From positions 260,678-324,677 of the forward strand of contig JBDTZG010000001.1 in NCBI GenBank assembly GCA_040005235.1: a stretch of 64,000 nucleotides of DNA, given 5' to 3'. Each line of letters starts with the position of its first letter. The stretch's first letter is position 1. The notes beneath the pieces are model-generated. The model did no database searches and was not told the origin of the DNA. It saw only the letters and a program-made list of their open reading frames with translations. The position numbers were made by a program, and so were the translations under genes. Source of the DNA: Acidobacteriota bacterium (GTDB taxonomy: Bacteria > Acidobacteriota > Thermoanaerobaculia > Multivoradales > UBA5704). Below are positions 55,935-64,000 of this stretch, one piece after another.

Positions 55935-56483
55935 TCAGCGGATAGAGGAAACATCGAAATCGGCGGAGTACTCGACCTGATTGAAGTAATCGTCGATCGC
56001 GCGAATTGTTCTTTCGACTTCCTGTGAGCAGATCGGAAGGTCAGGGAGGTCACCGGCGCCCAAGGAGGCTCGAAATGCGTTCCGCCTCGGGCCTTGCCCG
56101 TACCAGGTAATTTCGATGAAGCCGCTGAGCACTCCGCCCGTATCGATCTGGCAGTTTTTATGGATCCCGACCCGATTTGTCGTCAGCGCGCTACGCAGTC
56201 GACTCAGCAGTATAGGTGAGCCTACGCCTCGGCGCAGGAATGAGTTGAAGGGTCGATCCCCAGTCCGGAGCCAGATATTGTTGATCGTGGCGCCTCCGAC
56301 CGACACGAATGAATCACCGTCGGAGAACTCGAGCAGAGGGGGGGAAGGTATCGTATTGAATCCGTACCGGGTCGAATGCATCCGAACCAGCGGTCGAAGG
56401 TCCACACCGTCGAAAATGTCGGCGGCGGGCGCGGCGGTGGCCACGCTGAAGCCGAGGAGCAAGGGAATGAGGGCGTTTCGCAA
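55935..56483 (-). CDS. Hypothetical secreted protein (182 aa)
   Basis: GGAGG RBS before TTG 56483; signal peptide MRNALIPLLLGFSVATAAPA; co-oriented upstream of the S8 protease. Confidence 0.65.
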   Translation of the reverse strand: MRNALIPLLLGFSVATAAPAADIFDGVDLRPLVRMHSTRYGFNTIPSPPLLEFSDGDSFVSVGGATINNIWLRTGDRPFNSFLRRGVGSPILLSRLRSALTTNRVGIHKNCQIDTGGVLSGFIEITWYGQGPRRNAFRASLGAGDLPDLPICSQEVERTIRAIDDYFNQVEYSADFDVSSIR

Positions 56484-56710
56484 GTTAATCCTCCCGTTCA
56501 GCGGACCGCCGCGGCAGGCCCTGAAAGTTTTTCTGGCTTCCCGGCCGGGACCGGGGGCTGGCGCGGATCCGCGATCCCGGGGCATCGGTGCCATTGCTGG
56601 AAACATAACAGAAATCTGCATTACAGGATCATTGCGCACGCTGGAACAAGCCGGAACACAGCCGTGGTTATTTCAGGGCGAAATTCGCCGCCGACAGGAG
56701 TACGGCTATT

Positions 56711-57157
56711 TCAGGAGACGGGTTCTGACGCGGCCGCTCCGCCGCCCGGCGGCGGCCCCATTTTCCGCTCGAACCGGACGGCCAGGCGCATGACTTCCCT
56801 GCGCTGCTCTTCCACCCATTCGGCCAGCCGCAGGTCGGCCGGATCGCGCCGGGCTCCGGTCTTCGCCCGCGCCTCTCCCCGCCACCGCAGCCTGCGGGCC
56901 GCTTCGCCCAAAACCTCTTGGTGGTGGCGGAATTCGCCCCCCACCGCCCGGATCTCCGACCGCTCGACCGATTCGCCGAGCAAGCTCGGATCGGCCGGCC
57001 CCGCTTCCCTCACCAGAGCCTCGGTGACGAACTCGAGAACTGCGCGGATGTGCGGAATCCGCTGAAAACGCAGCAGCACGGTCTCCCGCAGCAGGCCGAT
57101 CCTCCGCCTCGTCGCCTCCTCCAGGCGTTCCAGGTGCTTTTCGACCTTCTCGTTCAT
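56711..57157 (-). CDS. Hypothetical helical protein (148 aa)
   Basis: ATG start 25 bp downstream of the 57183 ORF; charged helical composition. Confidence 0.55.
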   Translation of the reverse strand: MNEKVEKHLERLEEATRRRIGLLRETVLLRFQRIPHIRAVLEFVTEALVREAGPADPSLLGESVERSEIRAVGGEFRHHQEVLGEAARRLRWRGEARAKTGARRDPADLRLAEWVEEQRREVMRLAVRFERKMGPPPGGGAAASEPVS

Positions 57158-57182
57158 CGGAGTACGGCCCCGAGCGCGATCC

Positions 57183-58037
57183 TCACGAGACCGTCTCCTC
57201 GGCCCGCCGCTCCTGGTCGCGCAGCGCGGTAATGAGCGCGTAGCCGCGGTGATCCGCCGCGACTTTCACGATCACCCGCTTTCTCTCGATCTCCCAACGG
57301 GCCGGGCAGTTGAGCAGCCGCCCCAGGTCGATCACGCGGCGACCGGATTCGATCCGCGTCGCGGCGGAAGGTTCCTCGAAGATGAGCACGAACCAGTTGC
57401 CGTCGGGGCTCAATGCCCAGTCGTCCATGGCTGCCCGGGGTGCGGAGAAGCCGAGGGGTGGAATCAGAAACAAAGGCGGCATGCCGTCGATGACGGGGAG
57501 TCCTCCAGAAGTTGGATGGGCCGGCCGGGGGGCGCCTTGGCGCCTCGCGCGGCGGCGCGTGCGGATCAATTGGAGGAAAGGGCTCGGGTCAGCTGCGCCC
57601 TTTCGGAGGATCGCGGCCCAGACGCGCAAGGTGATCAGGCCGCCCTCGGGCAGGTTCTTCGCCTCTTCGCGCGCCAGGTTTTCGATCCGTCCGGCAAGCG
57701 CGGGCAGCCGCTCGGGGAGATTCAGATACAGAAGACAGCGGCCCACCTCCAGCGTCGCCTCTGCGGCGGCGAGCGGCTCTCCGGCGACCTCATAAGCCCA
57801 GGCGGCCCGTTCGAAATGGGCGGCTGCGTTTAGATGGTCACCGTCTCGGGTCGCTTGCTCGCCGCGGTGCATCAATAGCCGGCCGAAGCGGCGCAGGCTG
57901 GCGAGGTCGGCCTCGGCGCGCGGCTCCGGGGAATTCGCCGGGGAAAAAGCGGGACGCGCGTAGATCCTTACCGTCCGCGCGCCCCGTGGATGAGTTGGGC
58001 GACTTCTGCTCGAATTGCGGGTGGGGGTGTCGCCCAT
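57183..58037 (-). CDS. Hypothetical protein with TPR-like segment (start uncertain)
   Basis: LNAAAHFERAAWAYEVAGEPLAAAEATLEVGRCLLYL helix pair; divergent from the XRE-TPR gene. Confidence 0.55.
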   Translation of the reverse strand: MGDTPTRNSSRSRPTHPRGARTVRIYARPAFSPANSPEPRAEADLASLRRFGRLLMHRGEQATRDGDHLNAAAHFERAAWAYEVAGEPLAAAEATLEVGRCLLYLNLPERLPALAGRIENLAREEAKNLPEGGLITLRVWAAILRKGAADPSPFLQLIRTRRRARRQGAPRPAHPTSGGLPVIDGMPPLFLIPPLGFSAPRAAMDDWALSPDGNWFVLIFEEPSAATRIESGRRVIDLGRLLNCPARWEIERKRVIVKVAADHRGYALITALRDQERRAEETVS

Positions 58038-58255
58038 GGGAAGGACGATAGGCAGAAACGTCACCGCAGTATTCGCAGCTCTTGCAAATTGCATTCGGAT
58101 TGCGCTGCTTGACACAGTCATCTCAGGGAAAGACGCGAGGGCGGGGGATGGCCGATCGGGCGTGCCTCATTACGTTTCGACGGGCCGAAGGACACGCAAT
58201 TCCGTGTCACGCAAAAGGCTTGGTGCGCACTCAACAAAATCAGAGAGATCCCAAC

Positions 58256-59698
58256 ATGCGCAGCCGCCCGATCGCCTCGGTCTTGCCGACCGCATACAAA
58301 GCCCTGTGCGCCGTCCTTGGCTGGGACCCGGGGGAGTTTGCCCGGGCACTGGGCCTTTCGCGCAGCACGCTCTGGCGGATCGAAGCGGATCTCTCCGAGC
58401 TGACCGCAGAGCGCCAGGCCGCCGCGAACGCGATCCTGGGCGTCACCGACGAGGAAATCGAGGCCGCCGTGCATCTGGTGACGCTGGTGGCCGAACGGCA
58501 GGCCCGGGAGGCCGCGGGATCTTCATCGCCCGGCGCCACCCGCCGCCGCGCCCGCATCGCAAAGGAGCTCAATGCGGCGGTCCGCGATGCCCGCGCGTTC
58601 CTCGAAGCGCAGCTCCGGGCGATCGAGGTGGAGGAGGCGAAAGAGGACGCCGCCCGGCTGTGGCACGACCTGGCCGCGGACTCAGCCGGCGAACGGAAAC
58701 TCGCGGTCGAGACCTGCGACGAGTTTCTCACCCCGGCATTCATCGCCCGACTGTGCGAGGAGAGCGTCAACGCCGCCCCGCGGCGTGCAAAGGATGCGGT
58801 CGAGCTGGCCGACTTGGCCCTCCAGGTCGCGGAGCGGGCACCGGGCACGGAGCGTCGTCGTGCCAACCGCTTGCGCCAGGCCTGGGCGTTCGTCGCCAAC
58901 GGCCACCGGGTGAGCAACGCCTTCGGCAAGGCGGACGCGGCGTTCGCCCGAAGCCGCGAGATCCGGCCGGAGGGGCCGGCCGAAGAACCGGAGTTTTTCG
59001 ACCCCGCCCGGCCGCTCGATCTCGAAGCCTCGCTGCGGCGCAATCAGGGGCGCCACGGGGAGGCGTTGGTGTTGCTCGAACAGGCGCTGGAGGTCTGTTG
59101 GCCCGCATCCCGTTCGAGGCTCCTGCTGATTCAGGCGGTCACATGGGAGCAGGAGGGGGAGCCGGAAAAGGCGCTCGCAGCGCTGGAAGAAGCCCGGCCC
59201 GCGATCGAGCGGGGCGAGGGGGGGCCGCGGTCCCGCCGGGTTTTGTGGTTCAACCAGGTCAAGAACCTGATCCAGCTGGGGCGGCCCGGCGAGGCGGCAG
59301 AGTTGCTGCCGGAGTTGAGGCTTCTGGCGATCGACGACGATCTGGACACGTTGCGGGTGCGCTGGCTGGCGGCGGTGGTCGAGGCCGATCTGGGACGACG
59401 GAGCGAAGCGTTGGTCGAGCTCCGTGCGGTGCGGCGGGAGTTTGCGGCGCGGAGCTTGCCGGTGGACGCCGCGCTGGCAGGCCTGTATGAAGCGCAGGTT
59501 CTGCTTGCCGAGGCGCGGCACGAAGAGATTCGGGCGCTGGTGCAGGAGATGCGTCCGATCTTCGATGCGCTGGGCTTGGAACGCGAATCGCTCGCGGCGG
59601 TGCGGCTGTTCCTCGAAGCCGTGAAACGCGACGCGGCGACCGCCGCCATGGCGCGCGACGCGGCCCGCGCGCTCTGCCGGCTGCCGCGCCGCGCATGA
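58256..59698 (+). CDS. XRE-HTH + TPR protein (paralog 1)
   Basis: N-terminal GWDPGEFARALGLSRSTLWRIE HTH; TPR array (RLCEES, AWAFVAN, ADAAFARSR, LDLEASLRR, VKNLIQLGR, LRVRWL). Confidence 0.85.
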   Translation: MRSRPIASVLPTAYKALCAVLGWDPGEFARALGLSRSTLWRIEADLSELTAERQAAANAILGVTDEEIEAAVHLVTLVAERQAREAAGSSSPGATRRRARIAKELNAAVRDARAFLEAQLRAIEVEEAKEDAARLWHDLAADSAGERKLAVETCDEFLTPAFIARLCEESVNAAPRRAKDAVELADLALQVAERAPGTERRRANRLRQAWAFVANGHRVSNAFGKADAAFARSREIRPEGPAEEPEFFDPARPLDLEASLRRNQGRHGEALVLLEQALEVCWPASRSRLLLIQAVTWEQEGEPEKALAALEEARPAIERGEGGPRSRRVLWFNQVKNLIQLGRPGEAAELLPELRLLAIDDDLDTLRVRWLAAVVEADLGRRSEALVELRAVRREFAARSLPVDAALAGLYEAQVLLAEARHEEIRALVQEMRPIFDALGLERESLAAVRLFLEAVKRDAATAAMARDAARALCRLPRRA

Positions 59699-59705
59699 AA
59701 CTAAA

Positions 59706-60047
59706 TCAATGGTGGGGTGCGCCGTTGGGGTCCGCTTCGAGGCCGACGTCTTGCGAACCAGGATTCGCGAACGGTCGTCCGTTAGGATCCATCTCGAGGC
59801 CGACGTTGCCGATGACGAGGTGCGGCGCAGTTCGACCGTCCGGATCGGCTTCGAGGCCGATGCTCGGCCGGCCGCTCGGATCGGCCTCCAGGCCGATCTC
59901 CGCCCAGAGCCTCGACAGCAGGCTCCAGGGAGAAGTGAACAAGGCCCAATCCTTCGGCGCGGCCCCGGCGGGTCCGGCGAGGAGCGCCAGGCCGAGCAGG
60001 AAACCAGCGGCGGTGCGGTAAGCGTGGCGGTGCGGGGGGAGGGTCAT
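59706..60047 (-). CDS. Small secreted precursor with four (I/V)GLE(A/M)DPxG repeats (113 aa)
   Basis: AAGGAG RBS; signal peptide ...AAGFLLGLALLAGPAGA; WSLLSRLW helix; IGLEADPSG, IGLEADPDG, VGLEMDPNG, VGLEADPNG. Confidence 0.8.
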   Translation of the reverse strand: MTLPPHRHAYRTAAGFLLGLALLAGPAGAAPKDWALFTSPWSLLSRLWAEIGLEADPSGRPSIGLEADPDGRTAPHLVIGNVGLEMDPNGRPFANPGSQDVGLEADPNGAPHH

Positions 60048-60197
60048 GTGGGTCTCCTTGAGTTTCGAGGGCGGTCGGCCGGCGGGACTGCCGGCCGGAA
60101 CCCCTCGAAAGTGAAAGTGTCCGTTGAACCGATTGTTGCGCCGATTGCATGGGACGTGCAGCGGCGGCGTGCGTCAGGCCTGGGAAGGAGGTTCTCC

Positions 60198-61673
60198 GTG
60201 AGAAGCAAGAACGATTCACCGACGGTGATTCGAACCGCAAGGGCGGTCGAGGGGTGGACGCAGAGCGACCTGGCCGACCGGCTGCGCACCGCGCCGAGCA
60301 CCATCTCGCGCGCCGAAAGGGAGGGCGCGGAGCCGCCGCCGCCGAGCCTGATGGAGCGCATCTCCGCCGCCACGGAAGGGCGCCTTCCCTTCGTCGAGCA
60401 GTTCGTCGCCTCCTATCGGATTCTCCAGAGCTCGCGCCGCGGGCCGGTCGAAAGCGCCGCCGACCGGGCGGAAGACCTGGCCGCCGAGCTGGCGAGCCGG
60501 TTTGCCGCCCACCTCGCCCCGGCCCTCACCGCTCTCTCGGCGGCCGGCGACGGAGCGGAGGAGAGCGAGACGGCCCCCATCGCGGAACAGCGGGCCGAGG
60601 CGGAGGAGCTGTTCGAGCGGCTCGTTTTGCGCTCGGAAGAAGAGCGCCGGTTCATCGTCCGGAAGGGGCGGCGGTATCGCAGTGCCGCGCTCTGCGAACG
60701 ACTCTGCGACGAGAGCGTCGACGCGGCCGCGAAGAGCGCAGAGGACTCCCTGGCGTGGGCGCGGCTCGCGCTGCGCGTCGCCGAGCGGCTACCCGGACCC
60801 GGAAGGGAACGGTCGAAGGGATTGGGCTATGCCTGGAGCTTCCTCGGCAACGCTCGGCGGGTGGCGAACGAATTCCCGGCGGCCGACGCGGCATTCGCGC
60901 GCTCCCGGACGTTCTACGCCGTGGCCGGCGACGCAGCTCCCGGCTGGTTCGACGAGGCGCGGGCGCTCGACCTCGAAGCGTCCCTCCGCCGCAACTGGGG
61001 AGATTTCGGCCAAGCGCTCGCCCTGCTCGACCAAGCGCTCGCCGTCTGTCAGCCCGCCAACCGGACGAGAATCCTATTGAACCAAGCATCAACCCTGGAG
61101 CAGGACGGCCGGCCTGACCGGGCGTTGCTCGCGCTGGCGGAGGCCCGGCCCGCGATCGAACGAGGCGAGGGGGGCTTACGCTTCCGTTGCGTACTACATT
61201 TCAACACGGTCAAGAACCTGATCCAGCTGGGCCGGGCGACCGAAGCGGAGCCTTGGCTACCCGAGCTGCGGCGGATCACCGCGGAGCTGAACAACGACCT
61301 CGACAAATTGCGCCTCCGTTGGCTGGAGGGGGCGGTCCAAGCGGATCTCGGCCATCGCCCGGAAGCCCTCGCCCAAATGGCCCGGATCCGCGCGGAGTTC
61401 GCGGCCCTTTCCCTCCCGGCGGACGCGGCACTGGTGGGCCTTCACGAGGCGGAGATCCTGCTGCTCGACGACCGGACCGGAAAAGTCCGCGCCCTCGTCC
61501 GCGCGATGGGCCCGATCTTCGAATCCCTCGGCTTACAGCGCGAAGCGCTCGCCGCCTACCGCCTGTTCGTCGCGGCGGTCGAGCGCGAGGCCGCCACCGT
61601 CTCGATGGCCCGCGAGCTGGCGAAAGCGATCGAACGGGCCGGCGCGCGGCTTGAGGGGTCGGGGGCGGGTTGA
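60198..61673 (+). CDS. XRE-HTH + TPR protein (paralog 2)
   Basis: AGGAGG RBS before GTG 60198; IRTARAVEGWTQSDLADRLRTAPSTISRAE HTH; TPR array collinear with paralog 1. Confidence 0.88.
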   Translation: MRSKNDSPTVIRTARAVEGWTQSDLADRLRTAPSTISRAEREGAEPPPPSLMERISAATEGRLPFVEQFVASYRILQSSRRGPVESAADRAEDLAAELASRFAAHLAPALTALSAAGDGAEESETAPIAEQRAEAEELFERLVLRSEEERRFIVRKGRRYRSAALCERLCDESVDAAAKSAEDSLAWARLALRVAERLPGPGRERSKGLGYAWSFLGNARRVANEFPAADAAFARSRTFYAVAGDAAPGWFDEARALDLEASLRRNWGDFGQALALLDQALAVCQPANRTRILLNQASTLEQDGRPDRALLALAEARPAIERGEGGLRFRCVLHFNTVKNLIQLGRATEAEPWLPELRRITAELNNDLDKLRLRWLEGAVQADLGHRPEALAQMARIRAEFAALSLPADAALVGLHEAEILLLDDRTGKVRALVRAMGPIFESLGLQREALAAYRLFVAAVEREAATVSMARELAKAIERAGARLEGSGAG

Positions 61674-61792
61674 GCCCGGCCGGCAAGAAGTTGGCGAGCA
61701 GCCGCGCGGAAGGGCTGGCCGTGGAGCTTTTCCCCAGGGTCATTCCGGGCGAGAACGCTGCACGCTCCAGCGGGGCGGCCGTGTGAAAAATC

Positions 61793-63091
61793 TCACGGGT
61801 TCGGCGATTGCCGCGGGGCGTTGTCTACCCGCAGTTGAGGGTGCTTCAGGAAGATCCGCTGGTCTTCGTCGATGATCATGAGAGCGCGCTCGGGCTCGAT
61901 CCGGAAGCGCTTTGGCGAGAGGTCGATGTTCACCCCTAACTCCTGCACTGTGTAGTGGAGTTCGGCGAGCGATTCGCCGTTCTCTCCCAATCCCGCGAGC
62001 ACAATGTGCCAAGGGAACGCAAAAGAGCTTCCCTTGGGCGTCCGGTAGTCGAGTAGCTCCAATCGCGTAAGGACTCTACCTCCCGGGCGGACCAGCTCGA
62101 TCTGGCGGACCTGGCTTGCCTGGCCGTCGATTTCGACGCGGAAGAAGTAGGCCTCGCCACCGAGGTAGCCCCCGGGAAGCTCAAGCACCAGACCTTCTTT
62201 CGTCTCACGCCCCATCGCGGCTCCCACTCGAGCCTGCCAGCGCGTTGGATCCAGGATGGAATTTCTGGTCGGGATACAAGGCGAGCAGTCGTCGTCTTCC
62301 CAGCCGAGAAAACCCACCGGTAAAAACAACGGATTCGGGAAGGGAAAGGGTGCTGCTCCTGTCGATCGGCGCGAAAGGTGGAGGCGTTTATCTTCGGGAT
62401 AGAAAAGCTGGTACGTGGCTCCATCGAATGCCGCTTCGACCGCGGGAGCAAGCCCAAACCGGGGATCGATGCCTGCACTTGCAAAGACCCGATTCCCTTC
62501 TGCTGCATAGGCGAACGAACCTTCGCTGCTGCGATCCGGCCGCCAAGCCCAAACGGCCGCGCGGAAACTAACCGAGCGGAGGTTCTGGTAGAAAGCGACC
62601 AGGTCGCGTAGAGCCCGTTCGGTTCGCAGCGCGAGGCCCCGTGATCCGCCCACCGGAACATAGGCCGACCTTGGGGCAACCGGCGGGATCGAGGGCCGGC
62701 TCCAAGCGGCAAGCTGGTCTTGATCGACTGGCTGGAGCATTTGATTCAAAATCTCGGGGGAGGTATCGCACGGTATGCCGGCTCCGCATTCACGACATCC
62801 GCCGCCTCCGGTCGAGGCACCACAAATGGAAGTTGAGAGGGGATTGCCACAAGGACATCGAGCCGGGATCATCCCTAACAAGAAGCAACTCTTGGTTCCA
62901 CACGCCCCTCCGGCATTCCACCCCTCCCCGGTGTTAGCCACCAAGGTTACTGGAACTAAAGAGGTCGGACTTTTAATGCATGCCGGCTCTAGGGGGGCGC
63001 AACTCAGAACATCAGTGTGACAGGTGAACTGGGCAGATCCAGCGACCGAGAAGGATGCAGAGAAGGCCAGGGCACAGAGTAGGGTTCGCAT
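61793..63091 (-). CDS. Secreted protein with Cys-rich N-terminal domain and LolA-like C-terminal domain
   Basis: Signal peptide; 11 Cys in about residues 24-108; C-terminal AAFDG...YQ, FPWHI, VNIDLSPKRF resembling lipoprotein-sorting folds. Confidence 0.65.
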   Translation of the reverse strand: MRTLLCALAFSASFSVAGSAQFTCHTDVLSCAPLEPACIKSPTSLVPVTLVANTGEGWNAGGACGTKSCFLLGMIPARCPCGNPLSTSICGASTGGGGCRECGAGIPCDTSPEILNQMLQPVDQDQLAAWSRPSIPPVAPRSAYVPVGGSRGLALRTERALRDLVAFYQNLRSVSFRAAVWAWRPDRSSEGSFAYAAEGNRVFASAGIDPRFGLAPAVEAAFDGATYQLFYPEDKRLHLSRRSTGAAPFPFPNPLFLPVGFLGWEDDDCSPCIPTRNSILDPTRWQARVGAAMGRETKEGLVLELPGGYLGGEAYFFRVEIDGQASQVRQIELVRPGGRVLTRLELLDYRTPKGSSFAFPWHIVLAGLGENGESLAELHYTVQELGVNIDLSPKRFRIEPERALMIIDEDQRIFLKHPQLRVDNAPRQSPNP

Positions 63092-63188
63092 CTCTATCCT
63101 CGTTTCTCAGATACCACGCACAGGCTGCGCCTCTCTCTCTCTCTTGTCAACCCCCCGGAGGTGGCCGGGTCGCTCCCCCGCCCAAGCG

Positions 63189-63215
63189 GCCGAGCTGGAG
63201 CTCGGCGCTCCCAGG
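63189..63215. repeat. REP upstream of RAYT
   Basis: gccgagctggagctcggcgctcccagg. Confidence 0.85.
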
Positions 63216-63263
63216 AGAGACGCCCGCGGGGGAGAAATCTCCATTCCGGGGTCGATTCCTCGC

Positions 63264-63851
63264 CTGGGATGGTCCTCGCGAGGATATTTGCCCCATCGCG
63301 ACGAAGTGGGGCTGATTCAGTCGCTCACTTTTCGCTTGGCCGATTCCTTGCCCCAGGAAATGCTTCGTCAAATGGATCAGGAGCTGGCGGCTCAGCCGAG
63401 CTCCATACGAGACGTGGAGCGGCGCAAACGAATGGAGAGCTGGCTCGACGCAGGCCTGGGGTGCTGCGCGCTCGCGCATCCCAAAATGGCCGAGACGGTA
63501 GAAAACGCTCTCCTCCATTTCGACGGCGGGCGCTATCGGCTGCTGGCCTGGTGCATCATGCCGAATCACGTGCATTCGTTGATTGAACCCATCGCGCCCT
63601 TGCCGGAGATCGTGAAGTCTTGGAAATCGTTCACCGGTCGCTGGGCTCTTCGGCATGCTGTCGCGCTTGGGCTCCGCATTCCGGGAAAAGGTTTTTGGAT
63701 GCGGGAGGCTTGGGACCGCTTTATCCGAGATGACACGCATCTACAGCGGACAATCGACTACATCCATCGGAACCCCGTGAAGGCCGGACTTTGCGTAAGC
63801 CCCAACGCCTGGCGTTGGTCGAGCGCGCATTTCGATCCAGCCGCCGATTGA
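63264..63851 (+). mobile_element. REP-associated tyrosine transposase (RAYT, Y1 HUH family); start uncertain
   Basis: GWSSRGYLPH, TFRLADSLP, AWCIMPNHVH (HUH), VKSWKSFT, FW...WDRFIRD, YIHRNPVKAGL, WRWSS; flanked by REPs. Confidence 0.9.
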
Positions 63852-63855
63852 GATC

Positions 63856-63960
63856 CCTGGGGGCGCCGAGCTCCAGCTCGGCACCGAGGCGGCGAGGTCG
63901 CCAAAACAGCCGAGCTGGAGCTCGGCGCTCCCAGGAACTACCCTTCCCAGGAACTACCCT
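63856..63960. repeat. Inverted REP pair downstream of RAYT plus a short tandem duplication
   Basis: cctgggggcgccgagctccagctcggc (63856-63882), gccgagctggagctcggcgctcccagg (63909-63935); cccaggaactaccct twice (63930-63960). Confidence 0.85.
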
Positions 63961-64000
63961 GCCGGCGGCGGACCAGGTCGAGTTCCAGGTCCTCGAGGCC

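Noticed and set aside
59715-59900. DNA repeats as a CRISPR array
   Set aside because: Units vary at synonymous positions, spacing is irregular and in-frame, and no cas genes are present; they are coding peptide repeats.
59709-60197. N-terminal extension of the 654-aa ORF (similarly 25885, 35412 and 12018 starts)
   Set aside because: Overlaps neighbouring genes; internal starts with an RBS or a domain boundary are more plausible.
55900-63100. Prophage, suggested by XRE regulators and hypothetical genes
   Set aside because: No integrase, terminase, capsid, tail or replication genes are recognisable.
63264-63851. IS200/IS605 insertion sequence
   Set aside because: No tnpB; the RGYLPH/FRLADSLP/NPVKAGL motifs and flanking dispersed REPs indicate a RAYT.

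Overview
GC-rich bacterial DNA. Gene content suggests Acidobacteriota, probably Thermoanaerobaculia-like (inference from DUF4388 fusions, sulfatase-TPR, ELWxxDGT proteins, an Oar-like TonB receptor and XRE-TPR proteins). Recognisable genes: SPFH + NAD-kinase-like pair, GH57/DUF3536, AarF kinase, GNAT + OSBS/NSAR (menC), TonB receptor, rtcB, a DUF2182/DUF899 cluster, Zn alcohol dehydrogenase, OmpA protein, NYN nuclease, ligD/ku, cyclic beta-1,2-glucan synthase, a frameshifted S8 protease, and a REP-associated tyrosine transposase (RAYT) whose REP palindromes are scattered through the window. No rRNA, tRNA or CRISPR was seen. The best candidate novel system (58.2-61.7 kb) is two paralogous XRE-HTH/TPR proteins flanking a small signal-peptide-bearing precursor with four (I/V)GLE(A/M)DPxG repeats, an RRNPP-like receptor/peptide layout in a diderm. 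Other highlights: an unannotated ~190-nt candidate sRNA with a near-consensus sigma54 promoter, six RUCYCAC repeats and a terminator (10.4-10.6 kb); an orphan lanthipeptide-like precursor; small Cys-rich secreted proteins; probable leaderless promoters; and four disrupted genes. All family assignments come from recalled motifs, not database searches.
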